NCBI GenBank assembly: GCA_050250895.1 | Contig: JBFWNU010000002.1 | Location: 224,001-288,000, forward strand | Length of the DNA: 64,000 nucleotides | DNA from: Vulcanimicrobiota bacterium | Lineage (GTDB): Bacteria; Vulcanimicrobiota; Xenobia; Xenobiales; JADMJV01 | Reading direction: 5' to 3' | In this document: positions 49,415-59,883 of the stretch, one piece after another | Layout of the letters: the number at the start of each line of letters is the position of its first letter | Position numbering within the stretch: position 1 is the stretch's first letter | Made by a program: the position numbers and the translations under genes | Notes under the pieces: generated by a model | Told to the model about the DNA's origin: nothing | The model's database searches: none | What the model saw: the letters and a program-made list of their open reading frames with translations, nothing else

Positions 49415-50335
49415 ATGGTGATGGAGGCCAGGATCGAGCGAGCACTTGCCGAGGCCCGAGGACAAAGTGATCTCTTCGGGGTTTGCCGAGATTTTCTGCA
49501 AGAGATCCTGTCCAGTTTCCGCACCCTGGCGGTATTTAGCTACAGCGGCGAGTGGGTGCTGGTCAAACTAAGAGGGGCCGAGCCGCAGGATCTGACCCTG
49601 ATCGACTGGGTAGGTCGAAAGCGCCACAGCCACCTGGTGCTGGATACAGGTCGCGACCCGATTTTCGGCCAGCCTCCCGGCTACGCCTCGGCTCTGGCGG
49701 TGCCCATCATCGGCCGTTCCGGACAGCTGTTGGGCTTGCTCTACGCTGACCACCGCCAGGCGGCAGCCTTCAATCAAGCTCAGCTCAAGGCTGCCGAGGG
49801 TCTGGCCGAGAAGGCGGCTGACCAGCTTGAACGGCTGGCACCTGAGGTCACGCAGGCCTCCACCGAGGGCGAACCTGGCCAACCCTGGCCCGTAATATTG
49901 CTAGCGGTGGCCGCAGGTTTGGTGATGATGGCCTTTCTGCTCAGTCTGCCGCGCCTGCCCAGCCAGCCTGCCTCGGCGGGGCCGGTAGTGGGCATCTCCA
50001 GTTCGCACCGGGTGGCCCAGGCTTATCTCGAGCACCTGCGAGCCCAGCGCTGGTCCGAGGCTTATGCTTTGCTGGCGCGCTCGGTTCAGGCCGAGCTCTC
50101 GGCCGCCGAATATCGTGAGCGCCTGACCCACTGGACTGCCCAGCCCCGCAATCGGAGCCAGCTCAGCGCCAGGCAAACCACGCCCGGAGCCGAAGACGAG
50201 CACTACGCCACCGTCACCCTGGCGCCGCCTCCGCCTGGCGAGGGCCAGACCTGGCAGTGGCACCTCACCTGGCAAGAGGACAGTTGGCGAATCTATTCTT
50301 GTCAGGGTGGGCCGAGCCTGAATCCGAACCAATAG
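49415..50335 (+). CDS. GAF domain + TM + NTF2-like extracellular domain protein
   Basis: SALAVPI..LLGLLYAD..AF; TM; AQAYLEHL..W.EAYALL. Confidence 0.75.
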   Translation: MVMEARIERALAEARGQSDLFGVCRDFLQEILSSFRTLAVFSYSGEWVLVKLRGAEPQDLTLIDWVGRKRHSHLVLDTGRDPIFGQPPGYASALAVPIIGRSGQLLGLLYADHRQAAAFNQAQLKAAEGLAEKAADQLERLAPEVTQASTEGEPGQPWPVILLAVAAGLVMMAFLLSLPRLPSQPASAGPVVGISSSHRVAQAYLEHLRAQRWSEAYALLARSVQAELSAAEYRERLTHWTAQPRNRSQLSARQTTPGAEDEHYATVTLAPPPPGEGQTWQWHLTWQEDSWRIYSCQGGPSLNPNQ

Positions 50336-50337
50336 TC

Positions 50338-51750
50338 ATGACCCAAGACGGCGAGACCATACCGGTCCGACGCGACCACAGCGACGAGGTGGTCCAGACC
50401 TCGCTCGAGCTACGCATTCGGTTTTCCGACCGACCCCGCCAGGTGTTGCCCATCAATCGAGCCAGCTTCGATTTCGCCTTCGAGGGGGGTCCCGAGCTGC
50501 GCTTCACCTTTCAGGCCGGTCAGCTTCGCTTTCAGTGTCAGGGCTCGGCCGGCCGGGTCTATAAAGACGGCCAACTGGTGCGTTCGGGCAAACTCGAAGT
50601 GGGCGGATTTCTCGAGGTCGACAGCCACCGCCTTTTGCTCTGGGATACGGGAGCCCCGGCGGCCTATCTGAGGGGCTACTCGGCTCCTTATTCTAACGAG
50701 ATCTGGCCGCTGGGCCCCGGAGAGCACCCCATCGGGCGACCCGGACGGCGCGACAACACGGTCAGCCTCGACCATCCCACCGTCTCGAGGGCTCACGCCA
50801 CCATCTCGGCCGACCCTGACGGCGGCTATCGGTTACTGGCCGAATCCGCCACCAATCCCGTTTGCTGGCGCGGCCAGGAAGTCGAGCCGGGAGCTACTCG
50901 CGAGTTGCACCACGGCGACTTGCTCGAGATCGGCGAGCTGGTGTTGCGCTTTCATCAACCGGCCGGCGGGCTGGCGGCCCAGCACGAAGGGGCTGCTCTG
51001 AGGGTGCGCTCGCTGGGCGGCCTGACCGTCGAACTGGGGGGCACCCAGATTCTCGACAAGACCTGGAAGACCCAATACATCAAGTGGATGTTCGCGCTGC
51101 TGGCTCACCACTGGGATCAACCCATCGGCATCGAGGTGTTGACCGAGGCTTTGTGGCCCGACTCTGACCCCAGAAAAGCCCGTAACAACCTCAAGTTCAG
51201 CCTGTCGTCCCTGCGGGCCACCCTGCGCGCCCATCTGCCCGAAGATCTCAAGAGCACCGAGGTGGTAGCCCGCAGCAGTTCGTCCTTGCAACTCAACCCC
51301 GATCTGCTCGAGCATCACGATGCGGTCGAGTTGCGCCGGTTGGCCCAGGCGACAGGTTCCGAGCACGACCCCAGCTGGGACCAGGCGGCTACCCGCGTGG
51401 TGCTGGGCTATGCCGGGCCGTTCTTGCCGGCCTGCTATATGGAGTGGGCCGTGACCGCTCGCCAAACGATCGAGGGCCAGGTCTTGAGCATCGCTCGAAC
51501 GCTGCTGGGGCGACTGGAGCAATCTCAGCAGTGGGAGGCGGTGGTGCCTCTGGGCAACCAGGTCTTGACGATCGACCCGCACGCCCAATGGGCCTGTCTG
51601 TTGGCGATGCAGGCTCTGCGCCACACCCATCGAGCCAGCCAGGCCATCAAGCTCTTCGAACGCTGTCGCAAGACCTGGATGAAAGAGTTGGGAGCCGAGC
51701 CCGAACTCGACCTGTTGCGGGAGCATCAACTGGCGCTAGGATTAGTCTGA
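50338..51750 (+). CDS. FHA + SARP/BTAD-like regulator
   Basis: FHA IGR..VSRAHA..N; VRSLGGL..LWPD..RNNLK..LSSLR; YAGPFL and TPR-like BTAD. Confidence 0.85.
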   Translation: MTQDGETIPVRRDHSDEVVQTSLELRIRFSDRPRQVLPINRASFDFAFEGGPELRFTFQAGQLRFQCQGSAGRVYKDGQLVRSGKLEVGGFLEVDSHRLLLWDTGAPAAYLRGYSAPYSNEIWPLGPGEHPIGRPGRRDNTVSLDHPTVSRAHATISADPDGGYRLLAESATNPVCWRGQEVEPGATRELHHGDLLEIGELVLRFHQPAGGLAAQHEGAALRVRSLGGLTVELGGTQILDKTWKTQYIKWMFALLAHHWDQPIGIEVLTEALWPDSDPRKARNNLKFSLSSLRATLRAHLPEDLKSTEVVARSSSSLQLNPDLLEHHDAVELRRLAQATGSEHDPSWDQAATRVVLGYAGPFLPACYMEWAVTARQTIEGQVLSIARTLLGRLEQSQQWEAVVPLGNQVLTIDPHAQWACLLAMQALRHTHRASQAIKLFERCRKTWMKELGAEPELDLLREHQLALGLV

Positions 51751-53091
51751 GGGGCGCTGGACTTCCATGGTCGCCTGATGGGAACCGGCACCCTCGATTT
51801 CGTCGAGCGCTTCGATGACCCGGCGGGCGCTCGAGTAGCGGTTGGCCGGGTTCTTGGCCAGCAACACCTTGATGACCCCCTCCAGGCCTTCGGGCAGCCC
51901 TTGGACGACCAGTGGCGGCGGGGGCTCGTTGAGCTGCATCTTCAGGAGGGTGCGAGTGTCCTCGCTAAAAAACGGCGGCTTGCCGGCCAGCAACTCATAG
52001 AGAATGACTCCCACGCTATAGAGGTCGGTGCGCCGATCCACTTCGCTGCCGCTGGCGTGAATCTGCTCGGGGGCGATGTATTGCGGGGTTCCGAAGGCCT
52101 GACCGGTCTTGGTGACGGCCGTGATATCGCTATGGCGGGCCAGACCGAAGTCGAGAATCTTGACCTGATTGCCCTCGACCATGATGTTCTCGGGCTTGAG
52201 GTCGCGATGGACGATACCCTTTTCGTGAGCAAAGTCGAGCCCCTCGAGCAATTGGCGGATGAAGGGATAAACCGACGACCAGGCCTGACCCTCGGGGCGC
52301 ACGTATTTGCGCAGGGTGCTGCCCCTCACGAACTCCATGATGCAATAGGCCAGACCGGGCTGTTCTTGATAGTCGAAACTGCGCGGAAAGGTGGGGTGTT
52401 TGAGTTGGCTCAGCAGCTTGAACTCGCGCCGGAATCGATCCAGCGACACCCCGCTTTCTTCATCCAGGTAGATGACCTTGGCCGCAAAGTCGCCCACGTC
52501 ATTTTTGACGCGATAGACCGCTCCCATGCCGCCCTGTCCCAGGCGGGCCTCGACCCGATAGCGTCCCAGATTCTTGCCCACCATGGGATCGCCGCTGGTG
52601 TCGAGCATGGTCGACAACACCTCGAGCTGGGCGGCGCCGCGGTGGGCCTGTTTGCGCCAGCGCAAGGTAGCTATCAGGCCCGCGAGCAGCACCAGCAGCC
52701 CGCCCAGAAATAGTCCGGGATGGGCTGTGAGCAGATCGACGGCCGCAACCATCGGCGAATCGGCCGGCAGACGATAGCTGCCCTGGGGCGGCAGGCGACC
52801 CCGGGCCCAATCCTGAGCGGCCACGGTTACCCGCAGCTCGGCGTGGTTCGGAGCTTTGAGCACCAGCTCGCCGGCGGCATACTGGGTAGGCTTGCCATCG
52901 GGGCCCCGCAACACCGGGGGAGAGCAGCGGATGGGTTCGCCCGAACGACCCAGAAAGCTCAGTCCGGTTGGCGTGTCGAGATAGACTTCGCAGGCTGGAA
53001 AAGCCGCGACCGAGAGTTCGATCTCGTCAGGTACGGCCCGAGCCGGATAGGCCAAAGCCAACCACAACACCAGCAGGGCCAGAGGTCTCAT
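51742..53091 (-). CDS. Membrane Hanks-type Ser/Thr protein kinase
   Basis: Signal peptide MRPLALL, TM, LGQGGMGAVY, HRDLKPEN, DFGLAR, GTPQYIAPEQ; ATGA overlap with the upstream gene. Confidence 0.95.
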   Translation of the reverse strand: MRPLALLVLWLALAYPARAVPDEIELSVAAFPACEVYLDTPTGLSFLGRSGEPIRCSPPVLRGPDGKPTQYAAGELVLKAPNHAELRVTVAAQDWARGRLPPQGSYRLPADSPMVAAVDLLTAHPGLFLGGLLVLLAGLIATLRWRKQAHRGAAQLEVLSTMLDTSGDPMVGKNLGRYRVEARLGQGGMGAVYRVKNDVGDFAAKVIYLDEESGVSLDRFRREFKLLSQLKHPTFPRSFDYQEQPGLAYCIMEFVRGSTLRKYVRPEGQAWSSVYPFIRQLLEGLDFAHEKGIVHRDLKPENIMVEGNQVKILDFGLARHSDITAVTKTGQAFGTPQYIAPEQIHASGSEVDRRTDLYSVGVILYELLAGKPPFFSEDTRTLLKMQLNEPPPPLVVQGLPEGLEGVIKVLLAKNPANRYSSARRVIEALDEIEGAGSHQATMEVQRPSD

Positions 53092-53720
53092 TGGTGGTTG
53101 CGCGGATGGATCAACTTCACGGCTCGTAGGTGCTCCCTGGAGGGGCCATTTTGATGTTCGTTGGCGGGCACCTCCAACTCGACCTCGATGCGAAAGAGGG
53201 GGCCGGGCTCGAGGCTGACCCGAAAATCGGTCACCTGCTCGGCCAGCAGATGTCCGTTGACCAGGTTGGGGCCGGGAAGCACCGCCTGCAGCACCTGGTC
53301 GCATTCGGCCACCGTCATGGCCTGAACATCGTCCTGGGTAGGAGCAGCCGCCGCGGCGGACGGGCTCGAGGTAGTGTAGAGTCGTCCGCTGCCCGCGTCC
53401 CAGACGACACACTCCCAGTGGTCCAGCCAGCGCGGAGCACCAGGGAAAGCACCGGCCTCGAAGGGATGAACAGCCAGAATCCCACCATCGGGACTGGTGC
53501 CGCGATAAAACGTCATGCCCGCAGCCGAGGAGTTGAATAACATTTCTTCGACCTGATGCATCGCCGCTTGCAGTCGGGCCGCGGCCAGACTCTCCTGGGT
53601 CTGCTTCTGGGTCAGCTTGGAAGTCGACACAAGCACCTGGCTGACCACCACCATGACGATGGCGGCCAGGCCCAGTCCTACCACTGCTTCGATAATGGTC
53701 CAGCCGCCTCGGCGACTCAC
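53088..53720 (-). CDS. Prepilin-type (PilW-like) minor pilin
   Basis: RRGG|WTIIEAVV plus hydrophobic helix. Confidence 0.8.
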   Translation of the reverse strand: MSRRGGWTIIEAVVGLGLAAIVMVVVSQVLVSTSKLTQKQTQESLAAARLQAAMHQVEEMLFNSSAAGMTFYRGTSPDGGILAVHPFEAGAFPGAPRWLDHWECVVWDAGSGRLYTTSSPSAAAAAPTQDDVQAMTVAECDQVLQAVLPGPNLVNGHLLAEQVTDFRVSLEPGPLFRIEVELEVPANEHQNGPSREHLRAVKLIHPRNHQ

Positions 53721-54133
53721 CGCGGAATCCTCGTCAAGAGTCCCTCGGCCAGCGCCTGGTGCGAGCCGCTGTTGTCGCCCCAGCTGAGTCGAACCCGCAT
53801 CCCGCGAATGTCGTCGTCACCGAGCCCGGTAGCGATGCCGTTACCGCCCAGGCTATAGGTCTCGAGTTCGATCAAATAGGGCGTTCCATCGCTGAGTTGG
53901 CCCGAGATGTCGGGCAGGGGACCCAGCGGCAACAGCGATGGCGACACGGCTTGATAGTGTTCGAGGGTGCTCTGAGCCACGCAGTTGGCGTCATAGCGGG
54001 CCCGACCCGTCCGGCCGCCGCGGCCGGTTTGAGCCGTCATGGCAGCGACTAGCAACAGCACCAGCCCAAGCAGGCCAATGGACACGACCTGTTCGAGCAA
54101 GATGGCCCCCAGTCGTCTTAGAGATCTCGCCAC
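53717..54133 (-). CDS. Prepilin-type (PilV-like) minor pilin
   Basis: RLG|AILLEQVV plus hydrophobic helix; similar to 8056-8448. Confidence 0.75.
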   Translation of the reverse strand: MARSLRRLGAILLEQVVSIGLLGLVLLLVAAMTAQTGRGGRTGRARYDANCVAQSTLEHYQAVSPSLLPLGPLPDISGQLSDGTPYLIELETYSLGGNGIATGLGDDDIRGMRVRLSWGDNSGSHQALAEGLLTRIPR

Positions 54134-56046
54134 GACAGGATCCTGATACGGTCGGCCAGATTATAGAACTGGCTCAGATCGAGTTGCCACATGATGACCA
54201 TCGGCACCAGCGGGCCGGTCCCGGTCCCGCTGACTACTGCCTCGCCCAGGGCCCGGCTGTTGGCGTTCCAGGTGGTGACGAACTCGGGCGCGGTGTCCAC
54301 TACGTGCTGGGCAGCCGCGTCCAAGAAGGCGTCGGTGGCTGCGTCAGCATTGGGCGATCCCCAGTCGTTGGCCACCGACACCAGGGCCGCACGGGCGCTG
54401 GCCCGGTCGGTGAAATCGCCCAGGAAGGCGTCCTGCCAGCCCTCGCCGTTGGCGTCGACAGTATCGGCGGGTCCGGCTGGATTGGGATTGTTGATGCGAA
54501 TGCTTCCCAGCGTGATGGGGTCGGCCGGCATCGGGCTGGGCACGCCGATCTCGTACCACGGTTCGGCCGCCGTGGGAGGATGAGTGACCGGATAGCCGTT
54601 TGGGGGCGTGGAGTAATCCTCGCGCGGCCCGTTCATGTTGGCGGTGAAGAGGACTGGAGCGGTGCTACCGGTGCTGCCGACGTCCTGGGTAATTGGAGCC
54701 ACTCCAAATCCGTAAGGGTCCCCCATCGTCATCAGGTTGGCATGGAGAGTGGGGGGCAAGGGCGTCAGCCCGCCGGTCGGACCCGGCACCATGGTCGTCA
54801 CGGGTACGCTGATCGAGCCGATGTCGGCGCTTTCCACCAGCGTCGACTCTTCCAGCTTCACGCTGCCGTTGGGGTTGGGATTGTTGACCACCACCGACCC
54901 GGCCACGTTGGTGAAGCGGGCCAGCAGGTTTCCTTCGGTGTAGAGCAGTCCGCGAAAGTCGGCTTCCTGAACGTCAGAGGTGCCCTCCAGATTGATGTTA
55001 CCCCCGGCCACCACGGCCGTGCCCGACGACCCGGTCAAAGCGCCCCCGCCGCGCACCGTCACCGGACCGGTGGCGATGACCGCGCCGCTGCCACTTAAGC
55101 CGCCATCGACGGTGACACCGCCGTCGACATAGACGATACCTCCGTCAAGGGCCAGGCCTCCGCTGATGGTAAGATCGCCCGAGCGGCGGTGAAAGCCGGA
55201 AAGGGTGGTCGCCCCCAGCGACCCGCTCGAAATGACGCTGACCCCGGGCCGGCTGGCCGTGTCCAGAGTGGCGATGTCGATCTGAGGCAAGGGCACCAAA
55301 TCGGCCATCGACCGTTGCTCGCCGCGAACCTCGACGCCGGGAGCAACGTCCACGGTCCCTCGCGACTGGGCGTCTCCCTCGATGATGGTGGACGTTCCCC
55401 CGATCAGCTTAAGCGACGGTTCGGTCTGGTCCGGAGCATTGGTAACGATATGGCCGGGCTCTCGCTGGTTGGGAGGCACGGCAAAGCCGCCGTTGAGGGC
55501 GGTCGGGTCCGACACCCCAAAGACGTGCAGTTTGTCGCCCGTGATCGAGACGCTCGAAGAGACGACGTAGGGAAACCTGGGAACATGCAAGATGACCTCG
55601 AGCTTGTGCTCACGGCCACGGTAGCGTCCGACTCCCACCAGGTTGGCCGTCTGGGCTCGGACCACCGTGCTGCCCCAGCCCGGCCGGTCGCCTCCGCCGT
55701 TGAGGTTGTTGACGCTCAGGGGTACTCCCAGGCGTCCGGCCTCGCCAGAATCCAGCGCCACCGCCCCGATGGCGCCGGGATAACTGGGTAGACTGACCTC
55801 GACGCTGGGAAGGCTGCTGCCATCCAGGAGGGGGTCCTGCAAGAGCCGCGCGACGGTCGCCTGAACGGCGCTCTCGGCCAGTCGGCGGGCCCCGTCGCGG
55901 GCGTTATCCTGATGAGTGAGGCCAAGTTGGAACAAAGTGGCAGCGCTGGCCACCGCCAGCACTCCCACCACCAACACCAGGATCACCAGCACGTTGGATA
56001 GCGTTCCCCGTGTTCCCCAACCTGTCAGGCGCGTTCCCCCAAGCAT
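54118..56046 (-). CDS. PilX-like large minor pilin, paralog of 8438-10315
   Basis: Shared motifs LAESA, NNL, VPRFPY, LDGGIVYVDG, GLLY, LSQFYNLADRIRILSW; TATAAT 7 nt before the ATG. Confidence 0.75.
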   Translation of the reverse strand: MLGGTRLTGWGTRGTLSNVLVILVLVVGVLAVASAATLFQLGLTHQDNARDGARRLAESAVQATVARLLQDPLLDGSSLPSVEVSLPSYPGAIGAVALDSGEAGRLGVPLSVNNLNGGGDRPGWGSTVVRAQTANLVGVGRYRGREHKLEVILHVPRFPYVVSSSVSITGDKLHVFGVSDPTALNGGFAVPPNQREPGHIVTNAPDQTEPSLKLIGGTSTIIEGDAQSRGTVDVAPGVEVRGEQRSMADLVPLPQIDIATLDTASRPGVSVISSGSLGATTLSGFHRRSGDLTISGGLALDGGIVYVDGGVTVDGGLSGSGAVIATGPVTVRGGGALTGSSGTAVVAGGNINLEGTSDVQEADFRGLLYTEGNLLARFTNVAGSVVVNNPNPNGSVKLEESTLVESADIGSISVPVTTMVPGPTGGLTPLPPTLHANLMTMGDPYGFGVAPITQDVGSTGSTAPVLFTANMNGPREDYSTPPNGYPVTHPPTAAEPWYEIGVPSPMPADPITLGSIRINNPNPAGPADTVDANGEGWQDAFLGDFTDRASARAALVSVANDWGSPNADAATDAFLDAAAQHVVDTAPEFVTTWNANSRALGEAVVSGTGTGPLVPMVIMWQLDLSQFYNLADRIRILSWRDL

Positions 56047-56072
56047 GGATCGAATTATAGCATGGCTTTGGG

Positions 56073-56969
56073 TCAGTTTTCCGGCATCCATCCCCACTTA
56101 GGGTCATTGCCGCCAGCCCCGACCACCACGTCGACCACGGCTCCGTTGGGAAACTTCAGCTTGTCGAGACGCTGCGGGTGCTCGAGCAGTTGCACTCCGG
56201 GAAAGCGCTCCTGCAGTTCGGGCATCGCCTGGCGGACACCCTCGTTGGTCGGCGGATACTTGCTCAAGATAGCTATCACCGCGGCTCGGTCGATAGAGTT
56301 GCCCAGCGGGGTAGCCTTCGGGCCCTGGGCCGTGCTCGGGGCGAAGCTGGCCGCACCGGACGAGGCGTTGCCGTTGGAGTTGCCCCCGGTCTGGCCGGTG
56401 GCCGCCGCCCATTGCTTGGAGTTGGCCGTGGGTTGGGCCGTGCCTTTACCCTCGGAGCCCCACCACCAGCCGGGGTTGTCGCTGCCAGCGCCGCGGACCA
56501 CATCGACCCATTCATAGCCGACCTCGGTCTTGACCTGAATCCGGTCGCCCTCGACCCCGACCACCTCCAGACCGGCCGCCCGCAACTCGGGCAGCATGGC
56601 CGTCAGCAGTTGTTCGGCTTTGGCCTTGTCGCCCTGCACGCTGTCGAGCTTGTAGTGCTGGGCCACCCGCCCGAAGATGTACTTGGGCGTCTTATGGTCA
56701 GGATTGTTCAGCTTGTTGGAGTCGTAGCCCTCGAGCGGCACCGTTTCGTCGGTGCGAAAGGCGTTGCCAGAAGCGGGCTGGCCCAGCGCCTCCGAGAGCA
56801 CCTCGCGTACACCGGTGTTGGTGGTAAAAGACACGGCGCGACTGGAGAAGGCTCCTTCGTTGAGGGCCTCGGTGCTGGCGTTGCTGTTCTGATTGAACTG
56901 GGGAGCGCTGTCCACGCGAGTGAAGGTGCGGGGCTGGCTCTCTCTGAGGGTGGCTGATGAGACGTTCAT
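56073..56969 (-). CDS. Hypothetical protein with a duplicated Trp-containing domain
   Basis: GGAGG SD; VDVVRGAGSDNPGWWW and VDVVVGAGGNDPKWGW. Confidence 0.75.
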   Translation of the reverse strand: MNVSSATLRESQPRTFTRVDSAPQFNQNSNASTEALNEGAFSSRAVSFTTNTGVREVLSEALGQPASGNAFRTDETVPLEGYDSNKLNNPDHKTPKYIFGRVAQHYKLDSVQGDKAKAEQLLTAMLPELRAAGLEVVGVEGDRIQVKTEVGYEWVDVVRGAGSDNPGWWWGSEGKGTAQPTANSKQWAAATGQTGGNSNGNASSGAASFAPSTAQGPKATPLGNSIDRAAVIAILSKYPPTNEGVRQAMPELQERFPGVQLLEHPQRLDKLKFPNGAVVDVVVGAGGNDPKWGWMPEN

Positions 56970-57160
56970 TCCTGGATTCCTCCTGCTTTACCACCACTCT
57001 AGCCGGGGCGGGATAGACCAGGGTTAGAAACGCGCCTTCGGTGTAAATTGCTCTGGTCAGGGACGCTTTGGCTTTTCAAACCCCCGCCGAGAGGTGTAGG
57101 GAGTGTGTGATAGACAGGCCGGGCCGGAGGTGGCATACTATCACATCATCCGGAGATGGG

Positions 57161-57190
57161 GACCACGTCGAACCTGACATAGCTGCGCGC
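57161..57190. repeat. Direct repeat copy 1, dif/att-like
   Basis: gaccacgtcgaacctgacatagctgcgcgc matches 59884-59913. Confidence 0.7.
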
Positions 57191-57267
57191 GAGAGGAGCG
57201 CCCCAGGGGCGAGGCTCAGCGACCCCATCGACGGGAAAGAGACCGGGTCACTTTCCGCCGCCGCAAC

Positions 57268-58326
57268 TTAGCCGGCTCGAGCCCATTCCAGCAGCCATTC
57301 CAATAGCCCGCTCTCTCGCTGGCGTTCGAGATCACGTCCGCGACGGTCGCGCCAGACCAGCCCCTGGGGAGCAACCCCGCTCACTTGCAGGATCCCTTTG
57401 TGGATGTTCTTGTGGCAGCGCGAGCACACTACCACCAGATTCTCGGGCACCGTCGGTCCGCCCCGACAGTAAAAGACTACGTGATGCACGTCGAGCCAGA
57501 GTCGATTGGGGCAACCCGGACAAGAGCAGCGATAGCCATCCCGCCGCAGCACTGCCCGGCGCTGGGCGGCAGTCGCCTGACGCTTGCTGGGATTGAACCT
57601 CAACCGTCCGGCCAACTGCAACTTCGACTCGCCCGGACACACGTGTGTCTGCATTGCCAGCGCCTCGACCGGAGCGGCCAGGTCCTGGGTTGCCTCAACC
57701 TTGAACTGCTCCACCTGCCCGCCCAGAAAGTCCGCCAGGATCAGCTCGAACGCCTCGGCCGGGTTGACCGTGCCGCCATTGTCTCTCGAGATCACGGCCA
57801 CGGCTCGCGACCACAGCTCGGACACTTCAGGAGCGACTCGAAAACGAAGCTCCACCTCTTCAACCATGTTCAGGGCCGCCTCGGCCGGAGTGTCACCGCG
57901 GTTGGCCCCGGCCACCAGACGAGCCAGCCGGTGGGGTTTGAGGCGCACTGCCAGGTCAAGCCAGGCCTCTTCGGTCTCGGGCGTCACGATGCGGGTGACC
58001 ACACGCAGATTGGACCAGCAGATTCTGTTCTCTTCGCAGGCTTGGGAAAACAGCGGCAGCTCTTCGAGATGGCCGGCGATCCGCATCGAATCTAGTGCCT
58101 CGCGCTTCTCGACTTTGATGAGCCGGGCGAAGTGGATAGCCGAATGGCAGCCGGTCTCGGCGCAAAAATCGGTGCGCTCGATAGCCAACAGACATCGCCC
58201 CAGCAGGATGCGAGTCAGGGCCAGGGTGTTGGCCAGGCGACGGATCACCCTTTCCAGCCGCTCGTGAGGGAGCTTGCTCAAGTTTTCGACGGTCCAAAAT
58301 TCGCGTTGCTTATCATCGGTAATCAT
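57268..58326 (-). CDS. DUF222-like HNH endonuclease
   Basis: RRDGYRCSCPGC..LDVHHV..GGPTVPENLVVVCSRCHKNIH; start at MITDD. Confidence 0.88.
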   Translation of the reverse strand: MITDDKQREFWTVENLSKLPHERLERVIRRLANTLALTRILLGRCLLAIERTDFCAETGCHSAIHFARLIKVEKREALDSMRIAGHLEELPLFSQACEENRICWSNLRVVTRIVTPETEEAWLDLAVRLKPHRLARLVAGANRGDTPAEAALNMVEEVELRFRVAPEVSELWSRAVAVISRDNGGTVNPAEAFELILADFLGGQVEQFKVEATQDLAAPVEALAMQTHVCPGESKLQLAGRLRFNPSKRQATAAQRRAVLRRDGYRCSCPGCPNRLWLDVHHVVFYCRGGPTVPENLVVVCSRCHKNIHKGILQVSGVAPQGLVWRDRRGRDLERQRESGLLEWLLEWARAG

Positions 58327-58661
58327 GAATCCATGATAGTCTTTGCCCCCCTTGTTCGTCAAAGATTCGATGCGGCTATAACCCTTATTTCATAGGCGAT
58401 TGCGCATTTTCTGAGCGATGATTATTCGAGCTTTTCGAGGCCAAAATGAAGATTTCTTCAAGCTCGGCTGTTCAAGTGCCTGAGGGGGTCCTGGAGAGGC
58501 TGTCACGAGCAGTCTAGGGGCCAGGCTCCTCCGAGGCGGTTGGGCGGCCGCATCTGAAAAATTTTTGACACACGTGTGCGCGGAGGGGGTTAGGGTCCTC
58601 GACCCGAGCCGGACGCGAGCGACGACCGTCCGGGCCTCGAACGGGGCGACTTCCAAGGCCG

Positions 58662-59466
58662 AAGACCTACGTGGGTGGCCTGGGCGTCCACGATGACACC
58701 GCCGACACCGGCTTGCTGTAGATGCGACAGCGGCACTACGACCCGACCTTGGCCAGGTTCTTGAGCCGGGACCGGGTGGCGAATCTGAATCGTTATGTCT
58801 ATGCCTTGGACAATCCGATTGGTCGAGTTGACCCAGGAGGGCTCGACCCAGTTACCACTGCCGCCGGCGTTGGACGGGCTCTCGCCCAGGGTTTAGCACC
58901 ATTGAGACCTGCATTGAAAGCAGGCAAGGACACTTTCGTGGCCACCCCTGGGCCTCCACAAGTTAGGCTTGGAGCAGCAATCTTCGCGTCCCTAATTGTT
59001 CTTAGCTTGGAAACAATGGCGTCGGCTCCCCCACCTAGCGGGAGCGTCTCTCCTGACCCAATGACCGCCACGGTGACATGTTCTCAGAGTCCTTAAGAAA
59101 ACAGGGGCGGCTTTCGTCGGAAGAGAGGGACTGTCCCAGACCATTTGCACTAGGACGTTTCCAGTTCCTTGAAGATTTCGCTCGGCGAACGAATTCGGAT
59201 TGGCTCGGATGGAGCCCCGGTGCCGCATGGAAGGCGAAAGTCTTCAGCAAGCTGAACGACCCCGGCAGAAGATATACTTCAACATGGAGGAAGCGACTGA
59301 GCAGGACTTAGTCAGGGCACTTGAGACGAAGCCCAGCAAACGAAGCGGTCTCCAAACTGAGCTATACTGGATCAACCAGCACTACGATGATTGGGCCGAT
59401 CGTCTCTATTGGTATAACGGTGACAACTTGTTCGAGGACGGATACAACGAAATGGGGGAAATATGA
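58662..59466 (+). pseudogene. Orphan RHS core + C-terminal toxin remnant
   Basis: TYVGGLGVHDDTADTGLL*MRQRHYDPTLARFLSRD..NRYVYALDNPIGRVDPGG (premature TAG); the toxin region appears to continue across two frameshifts. Confidence 0.75.
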
Positions 59467-59849
59467 GTCTAAAGAGAATCGGTCACGCCGCCAACGAAAC
59501 CTTGGAGGACTTCTATGTCAAGTGCGGCTTCAGCCAGATGGTTGAATTTGTCAAATCCTTAGACAGGAAGCTTGGTAGCAGGAAAGTCTTCTGTCTCACA
59601 TCAGTTAACGACCTCGTCCTTCTAAGTGAACCCGACCACCTTTCCCCCTGGCGGGTTTTTATCTCCCCGCAAGATCCAGTCCCCGGGATACAGGTATCAT
59701 ATTGGATGCCCGCTAGTTTGGCTCCGTGGCAGGGAGCCCGGGTGACTGGCTTGGCCGATAATGTAGAGGATGCGGTTGAGATGACAATTCTGTCAATGGC
59801 CCATTCCGGGGGCTGGGCTGAGCAAGGACTACAAGGGAGAAGGGCGTGA
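59463..59849 (+). CDS. Putative immunity protein
   Basis: 128 aa, ATGA-coupled to the RHS C-terminus; lower GC. Confidence 0.6.
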   Translation: MSLKRIGHAANETLEDFYVKCGFSQMVEFVKSLDRKLGSRKVFCLTSVNDLVLLSEPDHLSPWRVFISPQDPVPGIQVSYWMPASLAPWQGARVTGLADNVEDAVEMTILSMAHSGGWAEQGLQGRRA

Positions 59850-59883
59850 CCGTGGCTGAAAGGGGCGCAATTCTCAATTCTCA

